A stretch of DNA of 64,000 nucleotides from an uncultured bacterium (GTDB lineage Bacteria; Zhuqueibacterota; QNDG01; DTFT01): contig CAVTNR010000002.1 of NCBI GenBank assembly GCA_963736115.1, positions 1 to 64,000 on the forward strand. Reading direction: 5' to 3'. Below the pieces are notes generated by a model. The model saw nothing but the letters and a program-made list of their open reading frames with translations. It ran no database searches and was not told the origin of the DNA. The position numbers and the translations under genes are program-made. Shown here piece by piece: positions 48,735 through 59,455 of this stretch; positions within the stretch are counted from its first letter, which is position 1; every line of letters begins with the position of its first letter.

Positions 48735-50993
48735 ATGCATAAAGAAAGCGCGCTCATCCGGATCCTTCTGCCGATCCTCATTCTTTCCGCGGTTCCAGCC
48801 GGACTTACATCCGAGGCGTTCAAGCGCGAACTCACCCTTGAGCGGGAAACGGGTCGGCGGATCCGGCGCATCCCCGCGTCCTTCCTGCTCCTGGAGCGCG
48901 AACGCGCCCTCATCGAGGGACTACGCCTTCATCCGGAATGGAGAATCAGCGCTCCGCTTCGCAAGACCGCCTGGTCCTTCTCCGTGGGGTCCACGAGGGG
49001 GTGGTACGCCTATGATTTCGTGACCGAAAAGGATTACGTCGTGCCCTCGACCTGCCGCGCCGTGGGCGATAACTGTTATGTCTTCGTGGAGAACGCCATC
49101 TGGGGAACCCGGGTCACCCAGGCATCCGTGGATTCGATCCGGAACGTCTTCGATCTGCGGACTCCGGCCGATCCGAACCGGGGCGTCTACCGGATGGACA
49201 TCGACATCTTCGGATCCGTTCCGAACGTGGACGGCGATTCCCGCGTCATCATCCTGATTCTGGACATCCGGGATGATTTCACAACGACGGGCGGATACGT
49301 CGGGGGGTATTTCGACTCCACCAACGAATACGACATCTCGACCAGCAACCGCGCGGAAATGATCTACCTGGACGCCGACCCCGTGAACCTGTCCTCCGAA
49401 GACGACATCCGGGAATCCATGAGCATCACGGCGCACGAATTCCAGCACATGATACACTGGCATCAGGATGACAGCGAAATCACGTTCGTCAAGGAGGCCT
49501 GTTCTCTCGAGGCCGAGGTTCTCTGCGGTTACCCCATCTACGACCAGGATCATTACATCAACGAAACAAACACCACGCTCCTGGGCTGGCGGTACGGAGA
49601 GGACGGCGTGCATGGAGATTATTCGCGCGCCGCGCGCTTCATGGCGTATATCGGCGAGCAGGCGGGGACAGGCGTTTTCCGTCCCATGGTCACCAGCGCC
49701 AAGACCGGCATCGCCGGGATCAACGCCGGCCTGACCGCGATCTCGCTCGGCCGGGATTTCAACACGCTTTTCCGGGACTGGCTCGTGGCCAATATTCTGA
49801 ACGATCGGTCCTTCGATCCCCGGTACGGATACGCGGATCCGGGGCTCATGAAACCCGTTCCGATCGTATATCCGTTCTCAGCCGTGACGGATGCGCAGAC
49901 CGTCGAGCCCCTCGCGGCTGTTTACCTCCGTTTCCCGATAGGTTCCGGATTCCGCATCCGTTTCGAAACCGACAACCCGAATCTGCTGATCAAGGCGGTC
50001 GAAACCGGAGAGGCAGGGCCCCGCGTGATCGACATCACGCCCGGGGTCGAGTACGGAGAGCCCGCGCTCGACCCCGCGGCCGGCGAAAGGACGTTCATCT
50101 GCATGAACACCCATCTGACCCAGCAGTGCGTCGTATCCTACACCACCAACGGATCCGCGTCCGGAGCCGCGGAACTGAAATGGGACATGACCGAGCCTTC
50201 GGGCTATCTGACGCTTTCCATCCGCGATACGGTCTGCGTGACCTTCGACGCGATTCCCGGCGCGAAACTGGATTCCGTGCGCGTGGCACTGAGACGCGCG
50301 GGTACGATCACGGGAGGCGTCTGGCGCCACACCGGCGTGACCCGTCCCACCCCGCTCGGCGAACCCCTGGCTTTCCCCGTAACCGCGTCCATCGCCACCG
50401 AGACTCCCGTGCCCTACCCGGTTCCCTATGAAAACTGGGCGACCATTGACCTGACGGCGCACAACATCGACGCGGGGTCGCCTTTCGCCGTGGCCTTCAT
50501 CTACCAGGGCGCCGGAACCGTGGGCCAGCGGGTCATGATCACAGAGCAGAAGAGAACGGGATCGGACCACAGCCTGACCTGGATGAACGACCCCGGAGGG
50601 ACCAGTTCTCCGAACTGGTATTCCGTGGGGCCGCATCAGGACTCGGTTTTCGTCTACCTGGTCCGTGCCTATGTGAGCATGACCTCCGGCACGGACGGCC
50701 CTGCCGAACCGCCGGCCGCGTTCGCTTTGTCTCCGAACTATCCCAATCCTTTCAATCCGTCGACCCGCTTCTCTTTCAGGTTGGCTGTTCCATCCCGTGT
50801 TTCAGCGGACGTCTGGAATCTGACGGGACAACGCGTGGCCTCTCTCGCGGACAGGACCTTTCCGGCCGGGGAGCACGCGCTTGAATGGGACGGCAGGACA
50901 AACCAGGGCGTACCCGCGCCGTCCGGTGTGTATCTGATCCGTCTGCAGGCGGGAGGCAACGCGACGGTCCGGAAAATGGTACTGGAGCGGTAG
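48735..50993 (+). CDS. Secreted zinc metallopeptidase (M30/hyicolysin-like) with T9SS CTD
   Basis: DVDGD-type loop, GGYF, AHEFQHMIH zinc motif; NYPNPFNP...SGVYLIRL CTD. Confidence 0.8.
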   Translation: MHKESALIRILLPILILSAVPAGLTSEAFKRELTLERETGRRIRRIPASFLLLERERALIEGLRLHPEWRISAPLRKTAWSFSVGSTRGWYAYDFVTEKDYVVPSTCRAVGDNCYVFVENAIWGTRVTQASVDSIRNVFDLRTPADPNRGVYRMDIDIFGSVPNVDGDSRVIILILDIRDDFTTTGGYVGGYFDSTNEYDISTSNRAEMIYLDADPVNLSSEDDIRESMSITAHEFQHMIHWHQDDSEITFVKEACSLEAEVLCGYPIYDQDHYINETNTTLLGWRYGEDGVHGDYSRAARFMAYIGEQAGTGVFRPMVTSAKTGIAGINAGLTAISLGRDFNTLFRDWLVANILNDRSFDPRYGYADPGLMKPVPIVYPFSAVTDAQTVEPLAAVYLRFPIGSGFRIRFETDNPNLLIKAVETGEAGPRVIDITPGVEYGEPALDPAAGERTFICMNTHLTQQCVVSYTTNGSASGAAELKWDMTEPSGYLTLSIRDTVCVTFDAIPGAKLDSVRVALRRAGTITGGVWRHTGVTRPTPLGEPLAFPVTASIATETPVPYPVPYENWATIDLTAHNIDAGSPFAVAFIYQGAGTVGQRVMITEQKRTGSDHSLTWMNDPGGTSSPNWYSVGPHQDSVFVYLVRAYVSMTSGTDGPAEPPAAFALSPNYPNPFNPSTRFSFRLAVPSRVSADVWNLTGQRVASLADRTFPAGEHALEWDGRTNQGVPAPSGVYLIRLQAGGNATVRKMVLER

Positions 50994-51163
50994 AACGAAT
51001 GTCATGCCGGCAAGCTTCGGTCGTGGATTTCACTTGACTGGACGGTTTTTTCGGGTAACTTGATCAAGGCGATTGAAACGGCGTGATCGAATCGCGCGCT
51101 GACAAGGCAAGCCATGGCGGGGGGAATCCGCCCATCTCACGAACGAACCTGGAGAAAATCCGC

Positions 51164-52531
51164 ATGAACTGGCACAGGAAAACTCTGAAAACGAATACCG
51201 TGTGGTTTTTCATAGGCGCCGCGATCTTTCTGATCGTATACGCGCGCTCCGGAAAGGCTCTGGCCTTCAACAACAACAACGGCCGCAACCTGCCTTTTTG
51301 CGACACAACGATGACTCCCTCGTGGGACCCGCCCGGGGTATGGTATGAATGGTGCGGCCGCAGATGGTTCGTGCCCGACAACAGCCCCGGAAAAGCCGGC
51401 AGGACGTTTTATCAGAAAAAAGAACGGAAGGAACGTCTGGAAAGGGCGTATCGGGAAGCCGTCACGGCCATGATTCGGAAAGCGGCCCTGCACCGGACCG
51501 CAAAGGCGAACCGTCCGGCGGATTCAGATATCGAGATCACCTATGAGGACATGCAGACGGCCTACGCCCTTGGTTCGGACTTCATCGAATCCTATGCCTT
51601 TCCTGAAAATGTCCTGATGGACATGGGAATCGAAGATCCGGAGTTCACGGCCCCGCAGCACTGGATCCTCCCGGCGGGCCTGGACTTTTCGACCACGCTG
51701 ACGCGGAAGATCATGGATCCCGAAGACACCCCGGACACGGAAGCATCGCTCGAAGCCACGCATTGCCTCTATGCCAAGTCCCCGAATCAGGGCATCGAAC
51801 TGTACGAATACTTCCTGCTGGACGAGGACGGTCTCTGGCTGATGGGCCAGGCAATGGAAGACCTGGATTTCTTCGACTACACCGACGACGAGATCATGAC
51901 CCTTCCGCTGGATTATTACACCGATTATCAGTCCGGATCCGGGGAGCTGGAAAACTGGCAGGCGGACGGGGACACGACCTGGTACGGCGACGACAATTAC
52001 CAGGTGGACGCCTGGTATTACTGGTCCGAGGCATACGGCACCATCGAGACTCCGGATGACGGTCCGATTGAAGTCATCAAGATCGCTTATCAGTGGATAT
52101 GGTCCGATTGGGCGGTCAACGAGGAGTCAGCGGACGGCGAGGACACTCTCCTGGATTTCGACAACGGCACGGAGATCTATTTTTACAGCAAGGACGGGCA
52201 TCAGATCATGATTTCCATCGATTCTCTCGGAGTGGAGACCTCCGGCCTGGTGAAGCCGGATGCCGTGTATTATCAGAAAGTCCGGAATCCGGGCTCCTCG
52301 GTGGAGAAGGAACGCTCCGTGGTACACCCCGGGTTCCGGGTTTACCCGAATCCGACCGGAGGCATGATTCATTTCGACCAGCCCGCCAGCTTCACGCTGT
52401 ACGACGTGCTCGGCCGGCGGGTTCTGTCGGGGAAAAATGCCGACCGGGCGGATCTGTCCGGCCTGCCCAGAGGCCTGTATTTCATCAAACCCCTGAAGGG
52501 CGCGGCTCAGAAAGTGTTCGTCCAGAAATAG
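51164..52531 (+). CDS. Acidic secreted protein of unknown function with Bacteroidota-type T9SS CTD
   Basis: Signal peptide ending ALA; DAxG-like 'EAYGTIETP' motif; VYPNPT...YDVLGR...LPRGLYFI. Confidence 0.7.
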   Translation: MNWHRKTLKTNTVWFFIGAAIFLIVYARSGKALAFNNNNGRNLPFCDTTMTPSWDPPGVWYEWCGRRWFVPDNSPGKAGRTFYQKKERKERLERAYREAVTAMIRKAALHRTAKANRPADSDIEITYEDMQTAYALGSDFIESYAFPENVLMDMGIEDPEFTAPQHWILPAGLDFSTTLTRKIMDPEDTPDTEASLEATHCLYAKSPNQGIELYEYFLLDEDGLWLMGQAMEDLDFFDYTDDEIMTLPLDYYTDYQSGSGELENWQADGDTTWYGDDNYQVDAWYYWSEAYGTIETPDDGPIEVIKIAYQWIWSDWAVNEESADGEDTLLDFDNGTEIYFYSKDGHQIMISIDSLGVETSGLVKPDAVYYQKVRNPGSSVEKERSVVHPGFRVYPNPTGGMIHFDQPASFTLYDVLGRRVLSGKNADRADLSGLPRGLYFIKPLKGAAQKVFVQK

Positions 52532-52560
52532 AAACGGCCCTTCATCCGTAACCGGATTGG

Positions 52561-52590
52561 CAAGCCCCGTTTTTCTCTGCGGGGCTTGTT
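52561..52590 (+). terminator. Terminator-like hairpin
   Basis: CAAGCCCCG...CGGGGCTTG followed by TTATTT. Confidence 0.55.
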
Positions 52591-52612
52591 ATTTATAAAG
52601 AGGCGGGATCAA

Positions 52613-54172
52613 TTGAAAATTCATCCATTTCCCTGGTGGATCGCGGGCGCCGTTTTGTACGGCATATCCTGGCCCATGCCATGGGATGCGAATCTGTCCT
52701 TTCTGGCGTGGTTTGCCCTCGTTTTCCTCCTCATCTCCCTTGAAAAAGCGAAAGGATTCTGGCGGTTTGCGGGAATCACATGGGGATTCACCTTCATCTC
52801 TTATACGATCTGTTCCGGCTGGTTCCTGGACATTCCCACCAACAAGATACTCATCGGCATCGGAGCCCTGACCGAATCCTTCGGCTTCCCTCTGCCGTTC
52901 ATCCCTTTTTATTTCATACAAAAGAGGATCGGTTTCAGACGATCCGTGTTCATCCTGCCTTTCCTGTTTGTGCTCGGGGAATGGGCATACTGTTCGATGG
53001 AGCACAATCTCAGCTACCTGCTGGTGGCCCATTCCCAGACGGCGAATTGGCGGCTGATTCAATACGCGGATTTGTTCGGGTTCCTGTCCGTCACGTTCTG
53101 GGTCGTCCTGTTCAATGTCCTGCTCTATTCCGCCCTGGACCGATCGGATTTCCGCCCGCTCTCCGCGTCCTTTCTAAAACGGGCGGTCCCCTCCATCGCC
53201 ATGATGGTCTGTGTGCCCCTGGCCTATGCCGCGCTTCAAAACCATCGGCTCCGGGACCTGTCGACGGACCGGATGAAAATCACGATGATTCAAACGCGGT
53301 TCGCCCCGAAGCCGGAAGACGAACAGGCGGCGAAAAACCTGGACCGGACCGTCGAATTGACGGACTCCGTCGATTACACTCTCAAAGAGGGCGGGCTGAG
53401 CCACGACCTGGTGGTCTGGCATGAAGGCGCCATTCCGATGGGCAACAAGCCCGAGATCCGGCGTTTCGTCCAGGGTGCCGTCAATGACTGGCAAATACCC
53501 CTGCTGTCCGGGATCGAATTCTACGAGCGGTTTGAAAACACAACACACAGACAGCCCGTCAATCGCGTGGTTCTGTTCGTCCCGAATCCGGATTCGACGG
53601 ACCGGCCCCAGTATTACGACAAGATCAGTCTCGCGCCGGGATGGGAGAGCATCCCGTATCTGTCTATATTTCACAAAGCGGGGATCCGGTTCAGGAACGA
53701 GCACACGTTCCATAAAAAAGGGGATCGGGTCCGGGTGTTCGACGTTCCCGGCCGAATCCGGCCTTTCACGATCGGCACGCCGATCTGTTTCGAGCAAAAT
53801 GCCCCCTGGCTCTGGAACCGCATGGCCCGGCTTGGCGCGGAGGGCTTTGTTCAGGTGTCATTCGAGAGCTGGTTCGGCAGAACGTATTTCCAGAAACAGG
53901 TCGCTTTCATCACCCGGCTCCGGGCGATCGAGACCCGGCACAGTGTGGCGCGGTGTTCCAACGGAGGGCTTACGTTTTTCGTGGATCCCTTCGGCAGGAT
54001 TTATTCCCCGGCGCGCGGTTCGGAATCTTCAACCACGGATTTTCTCCCGCTCACCCGGACGGTCACCTTCTATTCGCGGCATCCCGTCCTCTTTCCTCTG
54101 ATCTGCGCGATCGTTTCCGCCGCATTCTTCGTCTATGCCCTGTTCCGGCCCCGCCGGCCCGTCGTATCGTGA
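52613..54172 (+). CDS. lnt: Apolipoprotein N-acyltransferase (divergent)
   Basis: TM region plus nitrilase domain with E(WHEG)-K(YDKISL)-C(PICFE) triad; LRAIETR, VARCSNGG and TFYSR motifs. Confidence 0.85.
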   Translation: MKIHPFPWWIAGAVLYGISWPMPWDANLSFLAWFALVFLLISLEKAKGFWRFAGITWGFTFISYTICSGWFLDIPTNKILIGIGALTESFGFPLPFIPFYFIQKRIGFRRSVFILPFLFVLGEWAYCSMEHNLSYLLVAHSQTANWRLIQYADLFGFLSVTFWVVLFNVLLYSALDRSDFRPLSASFLKRAVPSIAMMVCVPLAYAALQNHRLRDLSTDRMKITMIQTRFAPKPEDEQAAKNLDRTVELTDSVDYTLKEGGLSHDLVVWHEGAIPMGNKPEIRRFVQGAVNDWQIPLLSGIEFYERFENTTHRQPVNRVVLFVPNPDSTDRPQYYDKISLAPGWESIPYLSIFHKAGIRFRNEHTFHKKGDRVRVFDVPGRIRPFTIGTPICFEQNAPWLWNRMARLGAEGFVQVSFESWFGRTYFQKQVAFITRLRAIETRHSVARCSNGGLTFFVDPFGRIYSPARGSESSTTDFLPLTRTVTFYSRHPVLFPLICAIVSAAFFVYALFRPRRPVVS

Positions 54173-54217
54173 CGTCGAACCGGAACGGGGGTTCGGCCCG
54201 ACATATTGAAATTCAAC

Positions 54218-54257
54218 AACAGTGGCTCCGGGGAAGAAATCCCGGAGCCGCTGTTTT
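54218..54257. terminator. Intrinsic terminator between lnt and serpin
   Basis: AACAGTGGCTCCGGG/CCCGGAGCCGCTGTT plus T-tract. Confidence 0.7.
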
Positions 54258-54301
54258 GCCCTATCCTGGCCGCGAGAAGAACCTCCCCCCAGCCGGGGCA
54301 C

Positions 54302-55534
54302 TCACTGCGGGATGGTTTCGATTCTCCCCATGAACAGCATCGTCCCGGACGTCTTCTCGTAAATCGCGAAAGCGAAGGGCCGGTCGAAGCGGATCACGCT
54401 TTCGTCCGGTCCGGCCGAAGTCTCCCGTATTTCCACGACTGTCACGGCCGCGGCCTCCGTTCCTTTCTCGTCCACCTCGACGAAGGATTTGTGATAAACA
54501 TCGCTGATGTATGGCCCCAGGCTTCCCGTGATCCGGCTGAAATCCGCGCCGCCGCCGAAAGCGACGCTCATACCCAGCGCCTTCAGTGCGTCGCTCAGGG
54601 TGATTTTGTATTCGACCTTGAATTTCGGCAAGTATAGATCCATTTCACCTTTCACGAAACTCCCCTTCCAGCCCCGCCAGGCCGCTTCCGTCCAGCCTGA
54701 GATGAACGCGTCCATGGAGGTTCCCTCCTCGGGCAGAAACAGTGCCATGGCGTATTGTCCGTTGCCATAGGCCAGTTCCACGGCCCGGAAAGCCGGCGTC
54801 CGGAAATACCCGATCTCCGCCTTCTGCGACATCATCCGGCAGGACAAGGCGGACCCGCCGTCGGGATGGAAAAAATCATCCCGCGTGGTTTTCGGATCAA
54901 ATGCGTACACCCAGGTTCCCTTGAAATACACCGCATTGATCAGAAACATCACCGTCAGCGGATCAATTTCCTCGATCATTCGGTCGATACGGCCGTGCGT
55001 GTTGTCTGAAATCCATCCGTTGATGACGTCCGGCGCAGCCGGATCGGAGAAATCCATCTCCCTGACCGCGGCGTCGAAATACCGCCGGTTCATGTCGATG
55101 AAAGACGGTTGAACCGGATACCCGAGCCTGTACCAGATGGAATTCGCAATTTCCATGACCGTTTCAGGATCCGCCGCTGGCAGAAAGTCGAGAAGACCCC
55201 GGTAGGAGGCGTTGATCTCGTCCTGGGTCATGGTCCCGAAGCCCAGCATCGTCCGCATGTCCGCCTCCGTGCGGCCCGCGGCGCCGTTCAGCGTCATCCC
55301 CAGGGCCATCGAAACGGAGAACGGGGAGACGAATACATTCTTCACACCCTCCTCCCGGCACACTTCCGCGAACAGGTTGAAGCCGAAAGCATTGGAGGCC
55401 TCGGACACACGCTTTTCCTGAGCGGTCAATTCCCGGACCGGCCGCGGATCCGCGTTCTGTATCGTGGACAGGTCGCGGTCACAGGAAACAGCCGCCAGAA
55501 CCGCGGCTGCGGCGAGAAAAGAGAATTTCTTCAT
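54302..55534 (-). CDS. Lipoprotein serpin (probably inhibitory)
   Basis: Lipobox AVS-C; NVFVSPFS, NAVYFKGTW, hinge EKGTEAAAVT, FDRPF. Confidence 0.93.
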   Translation of the reverse strand: MKKFSFLAAAAVLAAVSCDRDLSTIQNADPRPVRELTAQEKRVSEASNAFGFNLFAEVCREEGVKNVFVSPFSVSMALGMTLNGAAGRTEADMRTMLGFGTMTQDEINASYRGLLDFLPAADPETVMEIANSIWYRLGYPVQPSFIDMNRRYFDAAVREMDFSDPAAPDVINGWISDNTHGRIDRMIEEIDPLTVMFLINAVYFKGTWVYAFDPKTTRDDFFHPDGGSALSCRMMSQKAEIGYFRTPAFRAVELAYGNGQYAMALFLPEEGTSMDAFISGWTEAAWRGWKGSFVKGEMDLYLPKFKVEYKITLSDALKALGMSVAFGGGADFSRITGSLGPYISDVYHKSFVEVDEKGTEAAAVTVVEIRETSAGPDESVIRFDRPFAFAIYEKTSGTMLFMGRIETIPQ

Positions 55535-55632
55535 TCCGCACTCCTCCTTCATTGCGCCGGATGGCTGGTCAACCAATCCGGAGACCGAGGATACAAATGA
55601 ATTGTCCTATCACTGCGTCCAACCGATCCATA

Positions 55633-56695
55633 TCACCATTCACGCGTGATCCCCAGGGAAGCGATTGTTTTTCGGTAGTACAGGGCCCGGATCGGCGATT
55701 CGTTCCTGTAACGCGCGGCCCTCATCCGGCCGGTCCAACCGTTTCCGAAGCGGCGGGACAGATCCAGAAGGGCCTGGCTGTTCGTCTCATCCTCCGCGTC
55801 CGGCCGGATCCGGATGAGAGCCTCCAGGCCATCGGCGTACGTCTTCTTACGATGCGTCCAGAACGCGCGGACATTCAGGCCCCAGGGCAGCATTTTGCCG
55901 AACCCGACCTCGAAGAAAGGGATCCCGGAAGGAATAGCCGTAGCTGTTGGACCGGTTCCCCTGCATGGAAAACCGGCACATCCAAAGGGCGCACCAATAG
56001 GCTTCGATCGAAGCAGCGGTTTCCAATGTCCGATCCCTCTGACGCTTGTCCAGAAACCGCCATTCGAGTTCCGGAGATTCCAGCCCGGTGCGTCCGACCG
56101 CCCGCCTTTCGAATTCCAGGGACCTGGAACACGCCCGGAGCGACCACTTGACCGACGGCAGGGGCGAGGATTCCACGGCCGCGCTCCATTCCGAGGAGCG
56201 GAAATCGAAGGCGCTGGACGGCGTGTAGTCGAAACCTCCCGCCGACCATCCGAGCCGCACTACCGCGCGGCCGAAGAGGTTCATTCGGAAGAAGGGCGAC
56301 GCGCTCCAGGCCGCGTATCCGCGGCCGTTCCGCATGAACGTTTTGGTCCTGCCCCGCAATTCCGCTCCGGTCGAAAACACCTTCCGGAATCCGGTCTCCG
56401 CGGACAGGCCCGCGGTGTGCACATGCCGGGTCTCGGACGGGTGCTCTGAGTACACGTCCGCGCCTGCCGAATAATCCGCGGACAGGGCCAGCCGACCGGC
56501 CGGCCGGACACGGCCTCCAATCTCCGCCCAGACCCGGCCGATCCGGTCCGGAACCGCGGCGCTGTCCGATTCGAAAACATTGGAGTCGCTGAGAACCGCA
56601 AGTGAAATTCTCGCCGCGCCCTGTCCGCCTGATGCGGGCAGAGCCGTCAGAACGAGCCACGCCGGAATGAAGACGAGGGCGGGAAGCCGTTTCAT
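55633..56695 (-). CDS. Outer-membrane beta-barrel protein of unknown function (apparent +1 frameshift near 55914)
   Basis: Signal peptide and DSNVF; ORF 55847-56695 continues in another frame (FEVGFGKMLPW...) to a C-terminal W at 55633. Confidence 0.65.
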
Positions 56696-56710
56696 CAGGG
56701 GGCCGGCCGC

Positions 56711-57712
56711 TCAGTCCGCCGCTTCCGCGGCCTTTTTCAGGAACCATCGGGCCCTGGCCGCGAGGCTGTCCGCGCGTGCGGCCAGTCTGCGCTTGTATTT
56801 CTCCAGTCGATCGATGCGGGTGTTCAGGTCAGCAGGATCGTTTTCCACGCCGGCCCCTTCCGCAAGCCAGCCGGACGGCAGTTCCGGGCCGGCATTTTCT
56901 CCGTTCAAGCCGGGCGGCACGTCGATCAGATTGCCGCGAACATCGAATGTCCCCTCTTTTCCGACCATCCCGCCGGATTCCATGCGCCGGCCCAGCAGTT
57001 CGTCCTGCTCGTTGAACAACGCGAGTTCCCGCGACAGTTCGGCTACGTTCCGCCGTACATCCCTTTCCTCGCGGAGCGACCGGATGCGGCCGTCGATTCT
57101 CAGCATTTCATCCTGCGCGGAATCAACCTCGTCCTGAAGCAGGTTCGCTTTCAGACGGATATCCTCCGGACTGTTCCACGGTTGAAGCCGCACCGGATCC
57201 GACTGCCGGACCGGCGCGGGTCCGGCCAGCAGGCGCGATTCCCACGCCATTTTCCGTTTCAGCAGATCCTGCAGGACCGAGGCGAGTTCGCCTTTGCGCC
57301 TGCTGTCCGCGTTTTCCGCCTCTTCCCGGATTCCGGCAAGCGCCGCCTGAATCGCGCCGATCAACCGGCCCACGGCTTCATCACGCCTTTTCTGGCAGTC
57401 CGCCAGGTCTTTCCTCAGCCTGTTCATCTCTCCATCGAGCCGTTGGGAGGTCTGAAGCCATTTTTCCATCTGCCTGTGCTCTTTGGGGCTGAGCATTTCC
57501 TTTGAGCGGAGCAGATCCATCTGAGCGGCAACCGCTTCGCCGTCCTTCTGAATCCGGCTCCGGACGGACTGGAGTGAATCCAACGATTTTTCAATCGAGA
57601 GGCTCAGTTTTTCGAGGGATTCGAGGTCATCCGTGCCGGTAGGACCGGATGCGTTCAGGGGATTCATCCATTGCAGAAAAAAGAGGAAGGTGATGGAATA
57701 GACTGTCTTCAT
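56711..57712 (-). CDS. Exported coiled-coil protein of unknown function
   Basis: Signal peptide, long heptad helices, ATGA overlap with the upstream regulator. Confidence 0.7.
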   Translation of the reverse strand: MKTVYSITFLFFLQWMNPLNASGPTGTDDLESLEKLSLSIEKSLDSLQSVRSRIQKDGEAVAAQMDLLRSKEMLSPKEHRQMEKWLQTSQRLDGEMNRLRKDLADCQKRRDEAVGRLIGAIQAALAGIREEAENADSRRKGELASVLQDLLKRKMAWESRLLAGPAPVRQSDPVRLQPWNSPEDIRLKANLLQDEVDSAQDEMLRIDGRIRSLREERDVRRNVAELSRELALFNEQDELLGRRMESGGMVGKEGTFDVRGNLIDVPPGLNGENAGPELPSGWLAEGAGVENDPADLNTRIDRLEKYKRRLAARADSLAARARWFLKKAAEAAD

Positions 57713-59121
57713 GGCGGGCCCGATCCGGGACTAATCCCATATTTTTCAAGCTTATAATAGAGCGCGCTTTCCTTGATGTTCAGCAATTTGGCCGCTCTGG
57801 CCTTGACGCCGCCGGACAGGGTCATGGCTTTTTCAAGCAGTCGTTTTTCAACCGCTTCCAGCGTGGCGTCGAGATCCATGCCGTCTTTCGCAACATCCAT
57901 GCCTTCGGGTCTGACTGCGAGAAAAGAAAGATTTTCCGAGCCGATCCGGTTGTTATCCGAAAGCACCAGCGCCCGTTCCAGAACGTTTTCCAGTTCCCGC
58001 ACATTGCCCGGCCAATCGTACGATTCGAGAATGCGGATGCCTTCCTCGGAGAGAGAGGCTCCGGGCTTCCGCATTTCCGAGGACAGCTTGCGTATAAAAT
58101 GATCGGCCAGAAGCCGGATGTCCTCCCGCCTTTCCCGGAGCGGCGGAAGATGGACGGGCAGGATGTGCAGTCGGTAGAACAGGTCCTCGCGGAAACGGCC
58201 GGTGCGCGCCTCGGCCTGCAGGTCCCGGTGCGTCGCCGCGATGATGCGTACATCGACGTGAATCGTTTCCTCTCCGCCCACCCGCTCGAATTCGCGTTCC
58301 TGCAGGACGCGGAGCAGTTTGACCTGGGTGGAGGGCGAGATGTCCCCGATCTCGTCCAGGAAGAGCGTGCCCCCGTCCGCAAGCTCGAACCGGCCCCGCT
58401 TCTGGCGGATCGCGCCCGTGAATGCGCCTTTCTCGTGGCCGAACAGCTCGCTTTCCAGAACGCCCTCGGCCAGCGCGCCGCACGCCACGCGGATGAAGGG
58501 TCCCGCGCTCCGGCCGCTTCTCTCGTGAACGGCCTGCGCCACCAGTTCCTTGCCGGTTCCGCTCTCGCCGAAAATCAGGACGGAACTGTCGCTGGACGCG
58601 ATTTTCCGGATGTCCGCGAAAACGGCATTCATGCACTCCGACCGGCCCACGATTCCCTTCTCGCCCACCCGGCCGACGAATTCATCACGCAGGTACAGGT
58701 TCTCGTCCGCCAGACGCGAGGCGGCCCGGCGCTCCGACACCAGCCGGAATACGCGGTCCGCCTTGAGCTTCAGGGCGTCTCCGGAGAACGGCTTCGGCAG
58801 GAAGTCCCACGCGCCGGCCTTCATGGCCTCCACCGCGAGATCCACCGTGCCGAAGGCGGTGGCCATCATCACTTCGGTTTCCGGCCGCAGACCTTTGATC
58901 CGGTTGAGAAGCGCCAGGCCGTCCATTCCGGCCATGCGGAAATCCGTAATCACCAGGTCCGCGGGTCTCTCCTCGAAAATCCGGAGAGCCGCGGCCCCGT
59001 CTGATTCGGCCCGCACGTCATAGCCTTCCTTCTCGAGAACGGCCGTCATGCCCTCGCGGAGCGTCTCATTGTCCTCGACGACGAGGATGCGGAATGCGGT
59101 GCGGTTGGAAGAGTCTGGCAT
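57709..59121 (-). CDS. Sigma54-dependent response regulator (REC-AAA+-HTH, AtoC/ZraR-like)
   Basis: [39 protein letters not shown]. Confidence 0.95.
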   Translation of the reverse strand: MPDSSNRTAFRILVVEDNETLREGMTAVLEKEGYDVRAESDGAAALRIFEERPADLVITDFRMAGMDGLALLNRIKGLRPETEVMMATAFGTVDLAVEAMKAGAWDFLPKPFSGDALKLKADRVFRLVSERRAASRLADENLYLRDEFVGRVGEKGIVGRSECMNAVFADIRKIASSDSSVLIFGESGTGKELVAQAVHERSGRSAGPFIRVACGALAEGVLESELFGHEKGAFTGAIRQKRGRFELADGGTLFLDEIGDISPSTQVKLLRVLQEREFERVGGEETIHVDVRIIAATHRDLQAEARTGRFREDLFYRLHILPVHLPPLRERREDIRLLADHFIRKLSSEMRKPGASLSEEGIRILESYDWPGNVRELENVLERALVLSDNNRIGSENLSFLAVRPEGMDVAKDGMDLDATLEAVEKRLLEKAMTLSGGVKARAAKLLNIKESALYYKLEKYGISPGSGPP

Positions 59122-59157
59122 GGAAGCGGTCTCTGTTTGGTTGGGACGGATCAGAAA

Positions 59158-59255
59158 GTTCATGGTTCATGGTTCATGGTTCATAGAAAAAAGTAATTAG
59201 GGAATCTTCAATCATTACTTATTTTTCTATGAACTATGAACTATCAACCATGAAC
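59158..59255. repeat. Inverted heptamer-array element, (GTTCATG)n...(TATGAAC)n
   Basis: Four 7-mers per arm around an AT-rich spacer. Confidence 0.8.
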
Positions 59256-59324
59256 CGTTTTTGAGCCCTTCTCACTCTCCAGCGCGAACACGGTTCCTTC
59301 GGGACCGGTCCGGACAAGGGAGGC
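59244..59324 (-). pseudogene. Remnant 3' end of a histidine kinase gene
   Basis: Translates ASLVRTGPEGTVFALESEKG, matching VSLLRSGPDGTVFVLDLERE of the kinase ending at 62947. Confidence 0.65.
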
Positions 59325-59455
59325 GGACCTCGCCGGGGAAGGAGTGACTCATATGATTCTCAGTAAATTGCATTCCTTCGGCGGCTGTCCGCGGACGGGA
59401 TGATGGATAATATAACTAAAAAATGGGGAAAAATACAGAGGAAGGAAGAGAAAGG

